Notes: generated from the sequence alone by a model not told the origin. Counted from the first letter of the stretch, positions 40,101-53,307 are shown. The stretch: 64,000 nucleotides of DNA from Laetmonice hystrix (GCA_965235115.1 OZ249436.1:7876001-7940000); one strand, 5' to 3'. Program-made: numbers and translations.

Positions 40101-42796
40101 CGATTACGGTGTTCTTTGAAGAGCGTTGGCCTAAGAATTTAATCCTATATACACTGAGAATGCATTCCACTGCAGCCTCAGCCTCCGATGTTTGGTGTAC
40201 AATGAAGTTAATGCCTGAAGCAGGGGTTCTCTAGTTACAGGAACTCATCAAAAGCACTGTGTCTGGTGTTGCCAAACAAGTTGCCTGAGAACTAGAACGG
40301 TTCTGATTGGCTTAACATGATCACGTGACGGGTTTCACACAGGAATTGTTCCCAATATAAGTTCTGGCTGAAGGTCATAGTTTTAGGAAAGAAGGCCTGG
40401 TTCCTCTGGTTTAAAGTCATGCTACCTGCTACGATTCCTAACTTCCCCCAAGGGCTCCAAAACTGGGTTACAGGATCTTTGATAAACCCAACTCGTGGAC
40501 GTGCAATCAAAATACCCCAGGCAATGTATCAAAAGGAGTATGCCGTTGGCTTCCTCTGTGGTCCTCGCCATACGGTCTGTTCCTTTATTCATGATAATTA
40601 CTTATGAGCTGATAAGGAGGTGATCCATGTGCCGGGAGACAGTCCTGTTAAGCTCCTCGCGAGCAGGTGGCGTAAGGTCATTTATCAGCATTATGGACAC
40701 ATTTACTTCCGGTTCACCGACCAGATCGGACATAGTCTAAGACAACGATGCAAAACAATCCAAAATCAATCTCTGAAGAAAACGCCTTGCCATTCACACA
40801 CATAGCTAGTCAACCACTGGTTTGCAGTCAGCCCGCAAAAGCTGTTATTTATTAGTTTGACCCACTTCGGCGCTGATGAAGATTTGCATTTCCTAATGCA
40901 GGAAATATTAGATTTATCCCATGTATATCTTAGAGTCTGTGTTAACGTTAAAAATGTCAAATTCTGACGCCATGGAAGACGAGTTGGTTGCCCCAGTCGG
41001 GGGCAGCTCTCTCGCGGTTTCTCACAGAGCCTCGCTCAACTCTCGCGACCTCCTGACAAGACGGGACCGTCACTGATTGGTTCATCATCTAAGAACACAT
41101 TTGGAAACTGATGAAATGTTAAGTAATAGAATGTAGACCAAAGAAGCTACCAACCCCTACCCCCGTGTTGCGATCCCTGACCCTGTCTTGAAACGCGTAC
41201 AAAGACTAAGCCTACTCAAGTTGGCTTTGCCCTTGATTAATGTACCTAGGACATACCAGGGAGCTTAACGATGCACTGGTTGTGACTGAAACCATCAAAG
41301 TTGATGGTTCCACATGGCCTTAGCCATCCAACCCCTGCTCTGATGAACAGGGACGATTATCTAATAGCGAATTACTTGTCTCTAGGACGTGCTTAGTGAT
41401 GGTCATCGCGCGCGCAAAGAATGTTGGGAATGTACGCCATCAGTTGCACCAGCAACCGCTGATTTTAATTTATGATTTCTTTTTCAAAAACATAAAGACT
41501 TTTTTGTAGGACAAGCTGGCTCTCCCTGTCAGTTACTTGTTTTTAACCAGGTCCCCTGAACGTCAGGATATTTTATGGGCAGAAAACGAGCCAGAGATTT
41601 TGTTTTACACCGTACTTGGTGACATTTATTTGCCCAGCGACGGTAACAAAATCATTGGATCTGCATAGCATGTCATTAAGTGAACCCATCAAGTCAACTT
41701 AGTTCAAGACAAAAACCATCTCTGGGCAGTGGTGTGTGCCATTGAGCTGGTTTTCAGATATCTCAAACCCATTGTGGTTTCAACCCCTAAAGAATGTACC
41801 TCACATATTTAGGCCTACACAGCCCCGTGTGGTGATTTTGACGTGATCCCAAAATATACGCTCGTGGAATACGATGTAAAGTGAATCGAGTTTGTGACCT
41901 GAGGAATTTGAGCTTTGCTGTCCTTGCCTCAACGTCTGGCGGTATGAAAATGTACTTAGCGAACGATCTTTGAAGAAGATTCTGAATTTTAGTTATTCAA
42001 ATGTCTTAACGGAGACCATCACCGCCTTCTAACTGGTAGATGGGTGCCCTTACTTCTCCTACGTCACAGCGTCCCCACGACCCTGTGACCTTTTCTTGTC
42101 GTAACCGCATATGGACATATCTTTTGTAAGTTACGGTACACCTCGGGTGCTGCCCTGGTGTTGTACCTCCACCAAAATGATACGTGAGCATGCGCAAGAA
42201 ACAGTTAATCACGTGAGGACCGCACCGACCACAATGAGACACGTTGTGGAATGTGTGCAACACCGGCTCTAGTTGTTAAATGGGCCCTGAAGTTTATGTG
42301 GCTCTGTATGTGACACCATCGCCTCCTGGCGAGGCGAACGCTGCGGTTGACCACATGGAATTTCTTGGATGCCCGTGTCAACTAGAGTATGACAGAGTGA
42401 ATGGCCTGGCACTGAAGAAAGGGGCTCTTCGTGGGAAACTAAAGTGATGGCTTAGAAATCGTGAAAATCGTTAGTCGGTCCACTGTTACCGAGTGCCAAT
42501 CTAGGTAGTTAGTGGTTGTTGTCAGGGCTTGGCCAATACAAAGGCGTGTAGTCTGCCTTGGCTGCTCCAGCTTCAACTGACCGCAAAGTATGGGTAACTG
42601 AATAAAACCACATGAAAGTGGCTGAGGCGTATCGTTATCACCGCGAGTTGGGCAATTCATTCAATTGATGAAGTATGACGCAGTTCTCAGGAATATGACC
42701 GTCAGTCCGTTTCGTAAGCCATATTACGTGGCTTTATTCATGGAGGCCGTTGCTACGAGCGACCAGAGTAAAACAAAGGTTGTCACTAAGAGCCAG

Positions 42797-42950
42797 GGGC
42801 CGGTTTTACTAAAGGTCCTTATTTAAGGACGTCGCTAATTTAACATAGAAGTGAATGGTTGCTAAGTCGTTATTTACGACCTAGCAACCCATTCAATTCT
42901 ATGTTAAATTAGGGACGTCCTTAAATAAGGACCTTTAGTAAAACCGGCCC
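42797..42950. mobile_element. Fully palindromic PIF/Harbinger-like MITE
   Basis: Near-perfect ~75-bp arms gggccggttttactaaaggtccttatttaaggacgtc... and ...gacgtccttaaataaggacctttagtaaaaccggccc, flanked by CAG on both sides (42794-42796, 42951-42953). Confidence 0.85.
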
Positions 42951-44108
42951 CAGGTGGCATTATTACTACATGATAAAAGTCGCCCTGTTCATGTGTGGTA
43001 TGTAAGGCCAGGCGTGGAGGTAACACCCATTCAAGAGATTGAGGTAAAACAGCTGTTGCCAATGGTGATCTGAACTGTTGCCAAGGGTGACCCGGGCCGA
43101 GGATCAGCTGCGGCCTCCGGTGGCAGATGGACAATAAAAGATGGTGTAGAAGTGTAATGGTGGGCAAGTAGGCGCATCTGACACTGTGGTCTACAGAGCT
43201 CCTACACTCGGCTGGCCCCACCACCTGGCCACAGGTCCCTCGCATACGGTTGTCAACATGCGACATAGTAACCAACATGGCCGCCGCCGCCGTACTGAGG
43301 CGGCGCAACTGATCTGACGCCTTAACCTCAGGCGATCTGTGACCGAATATTCAGTTTCCCTGAACCATGGAGAGAAAGAAAAACCTAATACTGAGTCGTT
43401 TCATTTTAGTTCGCTTTTTTTTAATATGTGTACATGTTTTGCGGATGTTTATTGTACGTACTGTTTTCGTTAGGGGGCAGTAGTCTTCTAATATATTTAA
43501 ACTTAATTAATATGAGTGTTCCATGATTTGTTCGTAATATGATCGGATTATAATTTTTTGTTGGATATTTACAACTGAGGTGTTTGTAAGTCGACAAAGT
43601 GAGTCAATCTAGTTCAGGAGGTATGTCGCCATTTTTCATGAGGAGGGCGGGGGTGCTTGAGGTTTGAGAGGAGCTGACAGACTGACGAAAGGTGATGGCA
43701 GGTGAAAGTCACAGCAGCGTCCCGTCGTCATGGCGACGGACGTACGCCGCGTGTGAAGGACCCGGATCCAGCTGGTGACAGGGCACCTGCCGGTTTGCCT
43801 CAGACCACCAAAAGCCGGTTGTCTCCATGGTGACCGGCCGGCTTCGTCATGGCTGTCACCACCAGACCAACTCCCTAAACATATGGTCTCCATAAACCAG
43901 GAGCATCTTGAGCCATTGAATCACGTGACAAAATCATGCCGTGTAGCTAGCGACAACAGCTTGTTTTCTCCTGAAACCGGTCCGGCGGTAACTTCTTACC
44001 ATTGCATGGCAGGTCACTCTAGCTGGCCCACTCTGCATTTATCTCGATTCTGTTGATTCGTACCAATAACATTTGAATTTAAAAATAAGAAATCCCCCCC
44101 CCCCAATC

Positions 44109-44424
44109 AATGTCTGGCTGTATATTGGGTTCAGAGTTGTGTATTGTAGGTGTATTGTGTAAATGTCTGGCTGTATATGGGATTGTGAGTTGTGTATTGT
44201 AGGTGTATTGTGTAAATGTCTGGCTGTATATTGGGTTGTGAGTTGTGTATTGTAGGTGTATTGTGTAAATGTCTGGCTGTATTTTGGGTTGTGAGTTGTG
44301 TATTGTAGGTGTATTGTGTAAATGTCTGGCTGTATATGGGGTTGTGAGTTGTGTATTGTAGGTGTATTGTGTAAGTGTCTGGCTGTATATGGGGTTGTGT
44401 ATTGTAGGTGTATTGTGTAAATGT
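44109..44424. repeat. 53-bp GT-rich minisatellite, ~6 copies
   Basis: Unit aatgtctggctgtatattgggttgtgagttgtgtattgtaggtgtattgtgta. Confidence 0.95.
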
Positions 44425-45195
44425 TATCCACTGGTGGCTTACTTAATGACATACTCGTATTTTATTGACTGTAAGTGACAGTGTCGTCAGTGCCTTGACC
44501 TGCATGCTGTCATCAGTATAATAGTACCTGTGCCGCCTCCTGGTTTACACGATAGAGGGCGTACGAACGATAGCCTCACTCTCACCTTTCATTAACGCCA
44601 CCCTCCCATAGAACACCTGTAGTGAAAGTGGCACTTTGAGCGCATGCATTAATGGCGGAATAGATAGAGTTTATAGCCCCAAGGTTGTCTGGAGGCTAGC
44701 CAGTAGACCTTGACAGCTAACAGAGAAGTGGCAGGATGTCTAAAGTGTACACAGACTTACAGTGGTTCAGGCCCCCTACTTGCCAATCATCAAGGCTTTA
44801 TACCTAATGCACCATTTAGGGAACGAGAGAGTAAATTGTGTTGCATAAAACATGATTAGATTCGTGTCTGAATATATTTGAATTAAGAAGGGTAGCCAGT
44901 GAAAGGTGTGAATTGATACATTCTTCCTGACTGGATGTTAGTGGGAATGACAAAAATATAAGGCCTGCGTATACTGGTAAAGATGCGGAAGGCTATTGTC
45001 ATTCAACATTTCAATAACTAAAGGGCCTGCTTACTTCTGGTTTGTCACGGCTGTATGTGACATAATAAAGATTTGTTTTTGAATTTCCCCTCGAGGAATC
45101 TGGCAGTGTTTGTCGGTTCTTTGTCGTTGCCATGACGTGATGACAGACGCTCCTTGTCAAGTGGTTTGGTGTCATGGGGCAGGTGCCAGAACGGT

Positions 45196-46325
45196 GGAAG
45201 TTACTGTCCTGTGGCACCAAGGCCGTAAAAGAACCAGAACATAACGTATGAAGTTATTGTCCTGTGACACCAAGGCCGTAACAGAACCAGAACACAACGT
45301 AGGATTGTCCTGTGACACCAAGGCCGTAACAGAACCAGAACATAACGTAGGAAGTTATTGTCCTAGACACCAAGGCTGTGGATCAGAACCAGAACATACC
45401 GTAACAGAACCGCAACATAACCTAGGAAGTTATTGTCCTGTGACACCAAGGCCGTAACAGAACCAGAACACAACGTAGGATTGTCCTGTGACACCAAGGC
45501 CGTAACAGAACCAGAACATAACGTAGGAAGTTATTGTCCTAGACACCAAGGCTGTGGATCAGAACCAGAACATACCGTAACAGAACCGCAACATAACGTA
45601 GGATTGTCCTGTGGCACCAAGGCCGTAACAGAACCACAACATAACGTAAGAAGTTATTGTCCTGTGGCACCAAGGCTGTAATAGAACCACAACATAACGT
45701 AAGAAGTTATTGTCCTGTGGCACCAAGGCTGTAATAGAACCACAACATAACGTAGGAAGTTGTTGTCCTGTGGCACCAAGGCCGTAACAGAACCAGAACA
45801 TAACGTAAGAAGTTATTGTCCTGTGGCACCAAGGCTGTAATAGAACCACAACATAACGTAAGAAGTTATTGTCCTGTGGCACCAAGGCCGTAACAGAACC
45901 AGAACATGATGTAGGAAGTTATTGTCCTGTGGCACCAAGGCCGTAACAGAACCAGAACATGATGTAGGAAGTTATTGTCCTGTGGCACCAAGGCCGTAAC
46001 AGAACCACAACATAACGTAGGAAGTTATTGTCCTGTGGCACCAAGGCCGTAACAGAACCAGAACATAACGTAGGAAGTTATTGTCCTGTGGCACCAAGGC
46101 CGTAATAGAACCACAACATAACGTAGGAAGCTATTGTCCTGTGGCACCAAGGCTGTAATAGAACCACAACATAACGTAGGAAGTTATTGTCCTGTGCACC
46201 AAGGCCGTAACAGAACCAGAACATAACGTAGGAAGTTATTGTCCTGTGCACCAAGGCCGTAACAGAACCACAACATAACCTAGGAAGTTATTGTCCTGTG
46301 GCACCAAGGCCGTAATAGAACCACA
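45196..46325. repeat. 53-bp minisatellite, ~21 copies, with a 176-bp higher-order duplication
   Basis: Unit gaagttattgtcctgtggcaccaaggccgtaacagaaccagaacataacgtag; block 45250-45425 is repeated at 45426-45601. Confidence 0.95.
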
Positions 46326-48190
46326 GTGTGGTTCTCGTGGGTTGCTGTCAGATACGTGGATTGCCGTAATAAACATTGAATTATATGTTTGTTTATTTAT
46401 TCATTATTAGTAATTTACCTATTCATGAGTTCTTGTTGTCATGTTAGTTCTTAAAGGGACCTTCATCATCTGGCAGTCTACATTGGAGGTCCCGTTCCCT
46501 TCTCAGGTTCTACGTGTGTGTGAGTGTCGATATAATACGTGTTTTATTGTATGCAGTGAATGTCACAATGACACATTCGTTCTGAGGGCCTCCATAAAAC
46601 ATCCAGACAGGTCGCTTGCGACAGGGCGAGATACACAGGGGTCACATGATGCATGCCCCTATGTCTCCAATAGAAATCCTCGCTTGAAAGTCCCCGTTGT
46701 CCTTCGCCTATGCTTTTGAGTCTGAAGTTGACGCGGAAAATACCTTTAATTTTTAACTGTTTAAAACTCAGATTTACGCTACTTATTCAGAGTTGATAGA
46801 ATGTCTCACATGATTTTGGGCCAGTTTAGACAGGTATCAAAAGCAAGTTGGTGAACCCTTGAGTGTGACGGGGTACTGTCGTCAGGGTTTGGTATGCCCA
46901 CGACCTTCAGAAGACTGCTGGGCAGAAGGACGGAGCCTGGTTGTTTAACGATGGTTGTTTATTTCCGATTCCAAAACTCCAAGTGAGGTTTCAAGGTATA
47001 ACATCAGTATATAAGGAAAATGGCTGGTCCCAAACCGACCAATAAAATAGAACAAAATAACCCTGACCAGCTATTGGCCCAAGCCCTTAGTGGGCAGCCT
47101 GCTTGTACTGAAATTATCTTGTTGCCAGACTCAAAGGACTGAATACGCTTGACTGAACAAAGATATAGAGGAGATGGAATAGTCAGTTGTGAAACGGACA
47201 CATTGACGCTGGACGCTGCATCAAACAGGTGCTAAAACACGGGGAATTAAGGTTCTCTAATTGGGCGCCTATAGATGTCCTGCTACTATTGTTAGACCAA
47301 TTCTGGTATCAAAGCTGCCATCCACACCATGTGAGAACACAATGTCCTTTCGGCATACACTGTCTAGATTGCTGTTAGCATGACTCAAGGTTAAAGCTAG
47401 AGGCACATTAAAGTTTAAAACGAAGGAGGGTTGCAGAAATGTTATCAAGTAATGTCTATAAGCAACTGTAAAATATCTGTACGATAGTACCATAAAGTCG
47501 CACGATTACATCTATATAAGGTGGAGTGTAGGGGTACCGGCCCGCCGCCCCAGGCCCCTTACCTGAGACTACCTGTAACTTACCTGTCCCTCAGGTTTAT
47601 TCACCCCGGCGAGGACATGTGTAAAAATGAGGTCACAGGGTGCAAAGTTTATATTTCTTTCCCACTCTGCCCCACTGACACTTGAATGGTGTCGTCTTAC
47701 TCGTTCTTTGAAGATGAGAACAGGAGTTTTGAATGGCATGGATAGCTCAGGTTTCTACAAGCTGAAATACAGAATAGTGTCGGGAATGAGTTTTTAAAAA
47801 CTCGTGTCCTGTCAGTTCGCCTAAATGTCAGTCAAGAAATGACTTTATACTCATTTAGAACTTGCAATAGATTAATGTACCCCCTCCCCTCCCGATTGGA
47901 GCTGAAATATTTCATAAGACCACCACGTCGCCCCAGGTGAGTTGAACGCCACAGATTTAGGGTGGTTCTTCATGCTTACCAGTGCGTGTAAACCACGCGG
48001 ACAAAGTCACAGCGTCACGGCCATGCTGATATCGTAACTGGCGGTATAAATACTACCAGGAAATAATCACCTTTACCAAATCTCTGCCTGACATTATGAG
48101 CAAAGTTGGCAAGGCATCAGCTGCAAATGGCCCAGTCACATACTGAGGGGCTAAGCAGTATTGTAAACGTATTACCGGTACTAGTACAAT

Positions 48191-48526
48191 CAGTGGGGGA
48201 TCCAGGATTTTGATAAAGGGGGGCCCACCTGAAAAAATCTTTAGCCTCGCTACGCCCGGCATGATTTTATTGCGCTTATAGCCATTTTGGGCCCCTTTTG
48301 ATCTATTTCAATGCGCAATGGCCCAGAGTTATGTTGCTCCTGGATGACTGGGGAGGCCCCTTTGGGCCCGATGTTACTATCACGTATAATATAGGAGGCC
48401 TTTTTAAAAGAATTTTGTTGGAATACTGGTTTCAGGGTCCGAATAATGCATCTTCTTAAAAAAAAGCGGGGAAAAGGAAAATTTAAGGGGGGGCCGGGCC
48501 CCTTGGCCCCCCTGGATCCCCCAGTG
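48191..48526. mobile_element. CAGTG-terminal MITE with a 5-bp TSD (hAT-like)
   Basis: TIRs CAGTGGGGGATCCAGG and CCTGGATCCCCCAGTG (1 mismatch); ACAAT duplicated at 48186-48190 and 48527-48531. Confidence 0.8.
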
Positions 48527-48599
48527 ACAATGTATATATTTTCGTCACTACTGTGCGAACTGTTTTTTGGTTGAGAACAGAAATGTTGTTTTCTGAGTA

Positions 48600-48820
48600 G
48601 TATATGTCCTATTTGCCGCGCACCTCCTATTTGCCGCGCACCCCAGCATTTTTTAAAACCCAATGTGTTTGTCAGGGATGGAAATTTGGGAAAACTCATA
48701 TTGGGGACTCATATTGGGGACCTATTTGGAAAGAAAATGCCCCCTTAACGTTAAAATAATTCATTTGCCGCGCACCCCCCTTCTGCACACGCGCATGCGC
48801 GGCAAATAGGACATATACGG
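48600..48820. mobile_element. pogo/Tigger-like MITE
   Basis: 23-bp TIR gtatatgtcctatttgccgcgca and tgcgcggcaaataggacatatac. The right end finishes CGG|TA; the left end lacks the terminal CC. Internal copies of atttgccgcgcacc. Confidence 0.75.
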
Positions 48821-51800
48821 TATTCCGTTGACTAAATCCCAAAACCAAACTGAGTAGACTGTCCGGGAAGGAATAAGGAATATGTTCAATCACATTCAGA
48901 GGTTAAGATAATAGCGTTTGGTCCAAACGGTAACGGGACGGCCAATTGTAACGCCACTGATACTTTCACTGATCATTCAAACTTTTAATTTTAACAAGAC
49001 TTTGAAAACTTTTGAGGAATTTCATCTGATGCTTTAACACTGCAGGTAAAGGTAGGAAACTCCTTGAACACCGTCAATCAGATGCCATCTGTGAGACTTC
49101 TGTGTGATTACAAATCAGCGCTGGAGAGTGGAGATCCTCCTTGATATTTCCTTGTCTCGCGGAGTGATACAATCAAAACTACCGCATTACCTACAAGGTG
49201 GCAATAATCTCCTGTCTAACGGTGCAGGTTAACAGCTACCTATCGATCTCACACCAGTTACTGGCTTCTTGTTATCGTCTGCCTTCTCCGCCGGCAGGTT
49301 AGACTTCGCAGAATTAAACTGGTTCTGCTGGGGTGATTGTTCGCTGAGTATCAGTTGTGATGCCAGACACGTCTGTCAGGTAATGTCTCACTGTTTCACG
49401 CAAGCCGATGATTGCAAGGAAAGATAAGCCACATTCTAAATGACATTTATGTGTGCGGGAAGAAAAGTATGGCGGCTGGCGTGTGCGTCCGGTTACTTGG
49501 TGATATTCATTGCCAGTTGTCGGGTTTCATTCACGGAATTCTACAGGTAGATTACCGAGTCTTGCGGCTTGCCGAGACAAACAGGACTTGGGTAGATTGG
49601 AGCGTGAGGTTGGAGATTCAGCACTCGGCGGGTAGCTGCTCTTAACTGTGTCCTGGGAACGCCCGGCCTCTCGGTGGGCGTTTTGTAATGTAGCCTAACT
49701 ATCCCTATCCCTAGCTACCCCTAAATCCCTCAAAGAGTTAGTTTTGTAATAATAACAATATACTGTAATTATCAATATCCCTACCCCAGAGAACTGGCCC
49801 TTTTTGAAAACTTTGAGTGAGGAAACAAACAAAAAACCGACCAAGTCGAATCTCGAACCCACAACGTTCACACTATGGGTGGGACACCTTGGCCACTTCA
49901 CTACAATCACCACGGCTGCCATGTCCCAGGTGGCCACATCATTAGTGTCCCCAGGACACAGCTGAGAGCAGCAATCTGTCTTGATTTGAGTTTCACGGCC
50001 CATGGCTTCCGGCCACGAAAAGGGTGTAAGTTGCCACCGGTCAGGTGTAGCTCCTGTGTCACCATGCACGTCATCAGAGCCCAAATAATGTATATTAATT
50101 ACCCCACGAATATCAAACGTTATGTTCACATTGGAAGAAAACACCGATATGCTCATGGTTTGGCAGTTACATATGGAACTTTATCCTGTCTTGCTGTGCG
50201 GAAGGATAAATGCGCAATGCCGGCGTAGTGATTATTTGTGAGCCATTCTGGTGAACTGTGCTTGGCTGCAGGGAGGATTACTCGAAACGTAATCTGAACT
50301 GCTTGTAAGGATGTTACGGTACCTGATGTTAGGAAACGGTACCTGATGTCAGGAATGAAGAGCCTGGTTGTAGGCCTGGAATGGTTGATACTGGCTCTGA
50401 CATGGCACCCACCGTGTCTGTGGTCAGAGCCGTCGGGAGACTGCACGCCATTACCCAGAGGCAACAACTAGTCTCATTTAGTCTGAAATAAAGAAGGATT
50501 GGAAATGCAAATCTGTAAGCAATGTGAAAGACAACGCTCTGATTTTTCGCAGATGACAGTTAAATCGAAACATTGTCGCTGGAATCTGCAGATATTGGAG
50601 GGAGATGATGCACATGGCTCACTAATGGCCAGCAGAAGGCTTCCGCCACTAACAGGCCTCTAAGATTTTATTTGTATTTGACTTCAATTTGTTGGTGACA
50701 TCAGCATATTGATTATCCTTTACAGGAATTGAATTAATATTTCAGTCTGCAAACAACAACTAAGAGGGATTGTTCAAGCAATTTGGTGATTTCCAAGGCC
50801 GTTTATTTTAGTAGATTACGATCATTTAATGTTCCCAATGGAATGGCTTGGCCGAACAATTAGTTTCATTGGCAGCGCGGTTTTTGCTGTGCATCACTTT
50901 CCGATGCGGTTTTCATGATAACCGACCAACGACTCATTGTTGTGAGATGTCAGTGCCATCAGCATCATCAGGTTGGAGACCTTTATTGGAGATTCACAGA
51001 AAGCTGGTCGTACCAGCAACAATTCCTGAAAGGTTCCTCTTTGTAGGAGGTCCACGCGAAATCAGGCCTTTGTTGAAGTCAAGACAATTTTAGTCTGGCA
51101 CTTTGATTCGGCTATTCGGAGATATCCTGTTACATCTGGGCAGCTGACAACATGCAAATGGAATTTAGTTTTAATTACATTTAAGTTAGTTACCAGTAAT
51201 TACAGATATCGGGTAACGTGTCAGTAAATCGAGGAATGGATACAATGGCTTCCCGCATTTTACCCTCATGTTTCTTCTATTAAAAGTTTTTGTAAGTAAA
51301 AGAAACCCTCCCTCGACTTTGGCTTCATAAGTCAGCTTTTTTCTTAATGTATTGTAAACCTGGAAGGGGTTCATATTATCCTGCAAAATTACTCGGGCGG
51401 GGAAAAACGCTCCGAGAACGGAAACACAGTTTGTGAGTTTTTTCAGTGCGCAGTGAGGAGCGACTCCTGCGACATGCCTCAGATTTTGTGAACCGCCTGG
51501 GGGTGTTTTCTCTATAGTTTTTCTTTCCCTTCCGTGACTGGTTTTGCAGTCAAGCCTGTAAGTGTGGTGATAGGCCTCAAGAGGCGACCAGCCATCGTGA
51601 TTGCATACGAATGGTTGTCAGAAAAGTTAAGTAGCGGGTAGCGACCCGCACCGTCGTCGGCTCGTCAAAAGCCTGATGAAAATGCACCGCCTGTCATTGA
51701 GTGTTGTCACGGGGATGGTGTATGTAGTAGCCGGCTAGTAGCCAGGTAGTTGGAGACTGGCTAGCTTAATGACTGCTTGTGTGTGGAGGCTCATCACGGG

Positions 51801-52599
51801 CGTCGTGCGGGAGACTCCCCGGCAGCTCGCTAAAATACCGTGCTCTATCCATCACCCAAACCCTACCCGCTGTCTCTCCGCGCGCGCCAGCCCTCTGGTG
51901 CTTTTGGAAGAGGTCGGAGGTCATCAGAACAATTGCAGTGCAGCTTGGGAAGAGAGGAAGCCAGCAGAAATTGCTGACATCAACAGAACAAGGCATCGAG
52001 ACATGGTGTGTGATTTTCGCAACGAGGATTGATCGCTTGAACAAAAAGCACAGATTAGAAGGGCAGCGAGAGAGAAGCAATGGAATTAGGCGGCGCTCAC
52101 AGGGCAATTTACAAAATGTCTTAAAGCTTGCAGGGCTATTGTAGACCTGATTGGGGAAATAACAGAGTCGAGATAGTAGATTGCCGTGAAGAATATTAAT
52201 TTCTAGCACATATATGTTGCTCGTTCCTTTTTGTTGGGGGTAGAGTAAGGAAGATTGTGAGCAATACAGTTTGCTGAAAGTACATCAGCAAACAGAAGAC
52301 TTCATTGGCCAGTGTGGCAGAACCTGCCGGGTTTTGTGTTGCATTGACGCTAAGAATGGTTTGTGAAGTTCATGTCGGAAACACTCTCCTACCAGTAGGC
52401 AAATGGGGACATACATGTACGTGTGTGTATGATAAAACCGAATAGAATTCGCACTTTTCTGCGGATGGTTTGTAAATCAGGAATATGGTTTAAAATAGAG
52501 TTTTGGAATTTTAAAAGGACATGTCGTCTAGCCTGCTTCAATTCTGTGGACACTGAATTCGAATTCCCATCTGTTTCATCATGGCACTGTACTAATACT

Positions 52600-52895
52600 C
52601 CATACGTGGTCTTAGGCCCGGCCCGTGACCACAGGGCCCAGTCCGTAAACACTTAAGATCTTGCTTCTGATTTGTTGGTCTAAGCAGATCAGACAATCAG
52701 AAGCGTTAAACGTAAGCAAGATCTTAACTTTTTACTGACTAGGCCCAGGACCTCTCAGTGTCACCCCTGGGTATGAATCCGCATCTTGTCAAGTTTGAGA
52801 CGGTCGGTGTTTTGGTACTGTGGTTTGGTCCGCTAGTAAAACTGGCCGCCTTGATATGACCTGACTGTTGCGGATGTGGAAAACCCCAGTCCAAA
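52600..52895 (+). mobile_element. Degenerate tRNA-derived SINE remnant, interrupted by the MITE at 52635
   Basis: A-box-like gtggtcttaggc (~52606), B-box-like ggtatgaatcc (~52769), and tail taaaactggccgccttgatatgacctgactgttg...aaaacccca, which resembles mollusc SINE tails as I recall them. Confidence 0.35.
52635..52745. mobile_element. PIF/Harbinger-like MITE
   Basis: TIRs ggcccagtccgtaaacacttaagatcttgctt and aagcaagatcttaactttttactgactaggcc; CAG on both flanks (52632-52634, 52746-52748). Confidence 0.7.
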
Positions 52896-53087
52896 TATGT
52901 ATTGCCTGAGTGACGCAGGGATTTTAAAAGGGGTTTCCCCCCATTATATCCCCTTGGAACTAACCTGAATTAACGTCACACAACGCAAGGATTATCCCGA
53001 CCCTTTGGACCACCATCACAAATATCTCCCTGACCCCTAGGAGTCGCAATAGCTTCATGGAATCTTTCTTATTCTTTGTTTTTACAG

Positions 53088-53307
53088 GGAGATGCGGAGG
53101 CTCGTCGTAACCAGTTGATGAGGGACATGGCCCAGCTCCGGTTGCAGGCCGAGGTCAGCCAGTTGGAAGGCTCCCTGCAGGTCGCCGCCGATCAACCGTC
53201 CCTACCGCCATATTTGGTGCCCGACGCGAGCGCCCTCTGTGACAACCTACCCCAGTTACGAACGCTGTCCCACTCGGCCAGATTCATCATGATAATTCCT
53301 CTGGCTG
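53088..53307 (+). CDS. SMG5: SMG5 coding exon (helix preceding the PIN domain plus PIN N-terminus)
   Basis: Acceptor ttctttgtttttacAG (53086-53087) and donor G|GTAAGT (53308); phase 0 to phase 1. Translates GDAEARRNQLMRDMAQLRLQAEVSQLEGSLQ...PPYLVPDASALCDNLPQLRTLSHSARFIMIIPLA, closely matching my recollection of vertebrate SMG5 EEARRNRLMRDMAQLRLQLEVSQLEGSLQ...PYLVPDTQALC...FIVIIP. Confidence 0.96.

Noticed and set aside
51766..52209. Overlapping 87-147 aa ORFs upstream of the first SMG5 exon
   Set aside because: No resemblance to SMG5 or any family I recognise, and no good splice-site pair.
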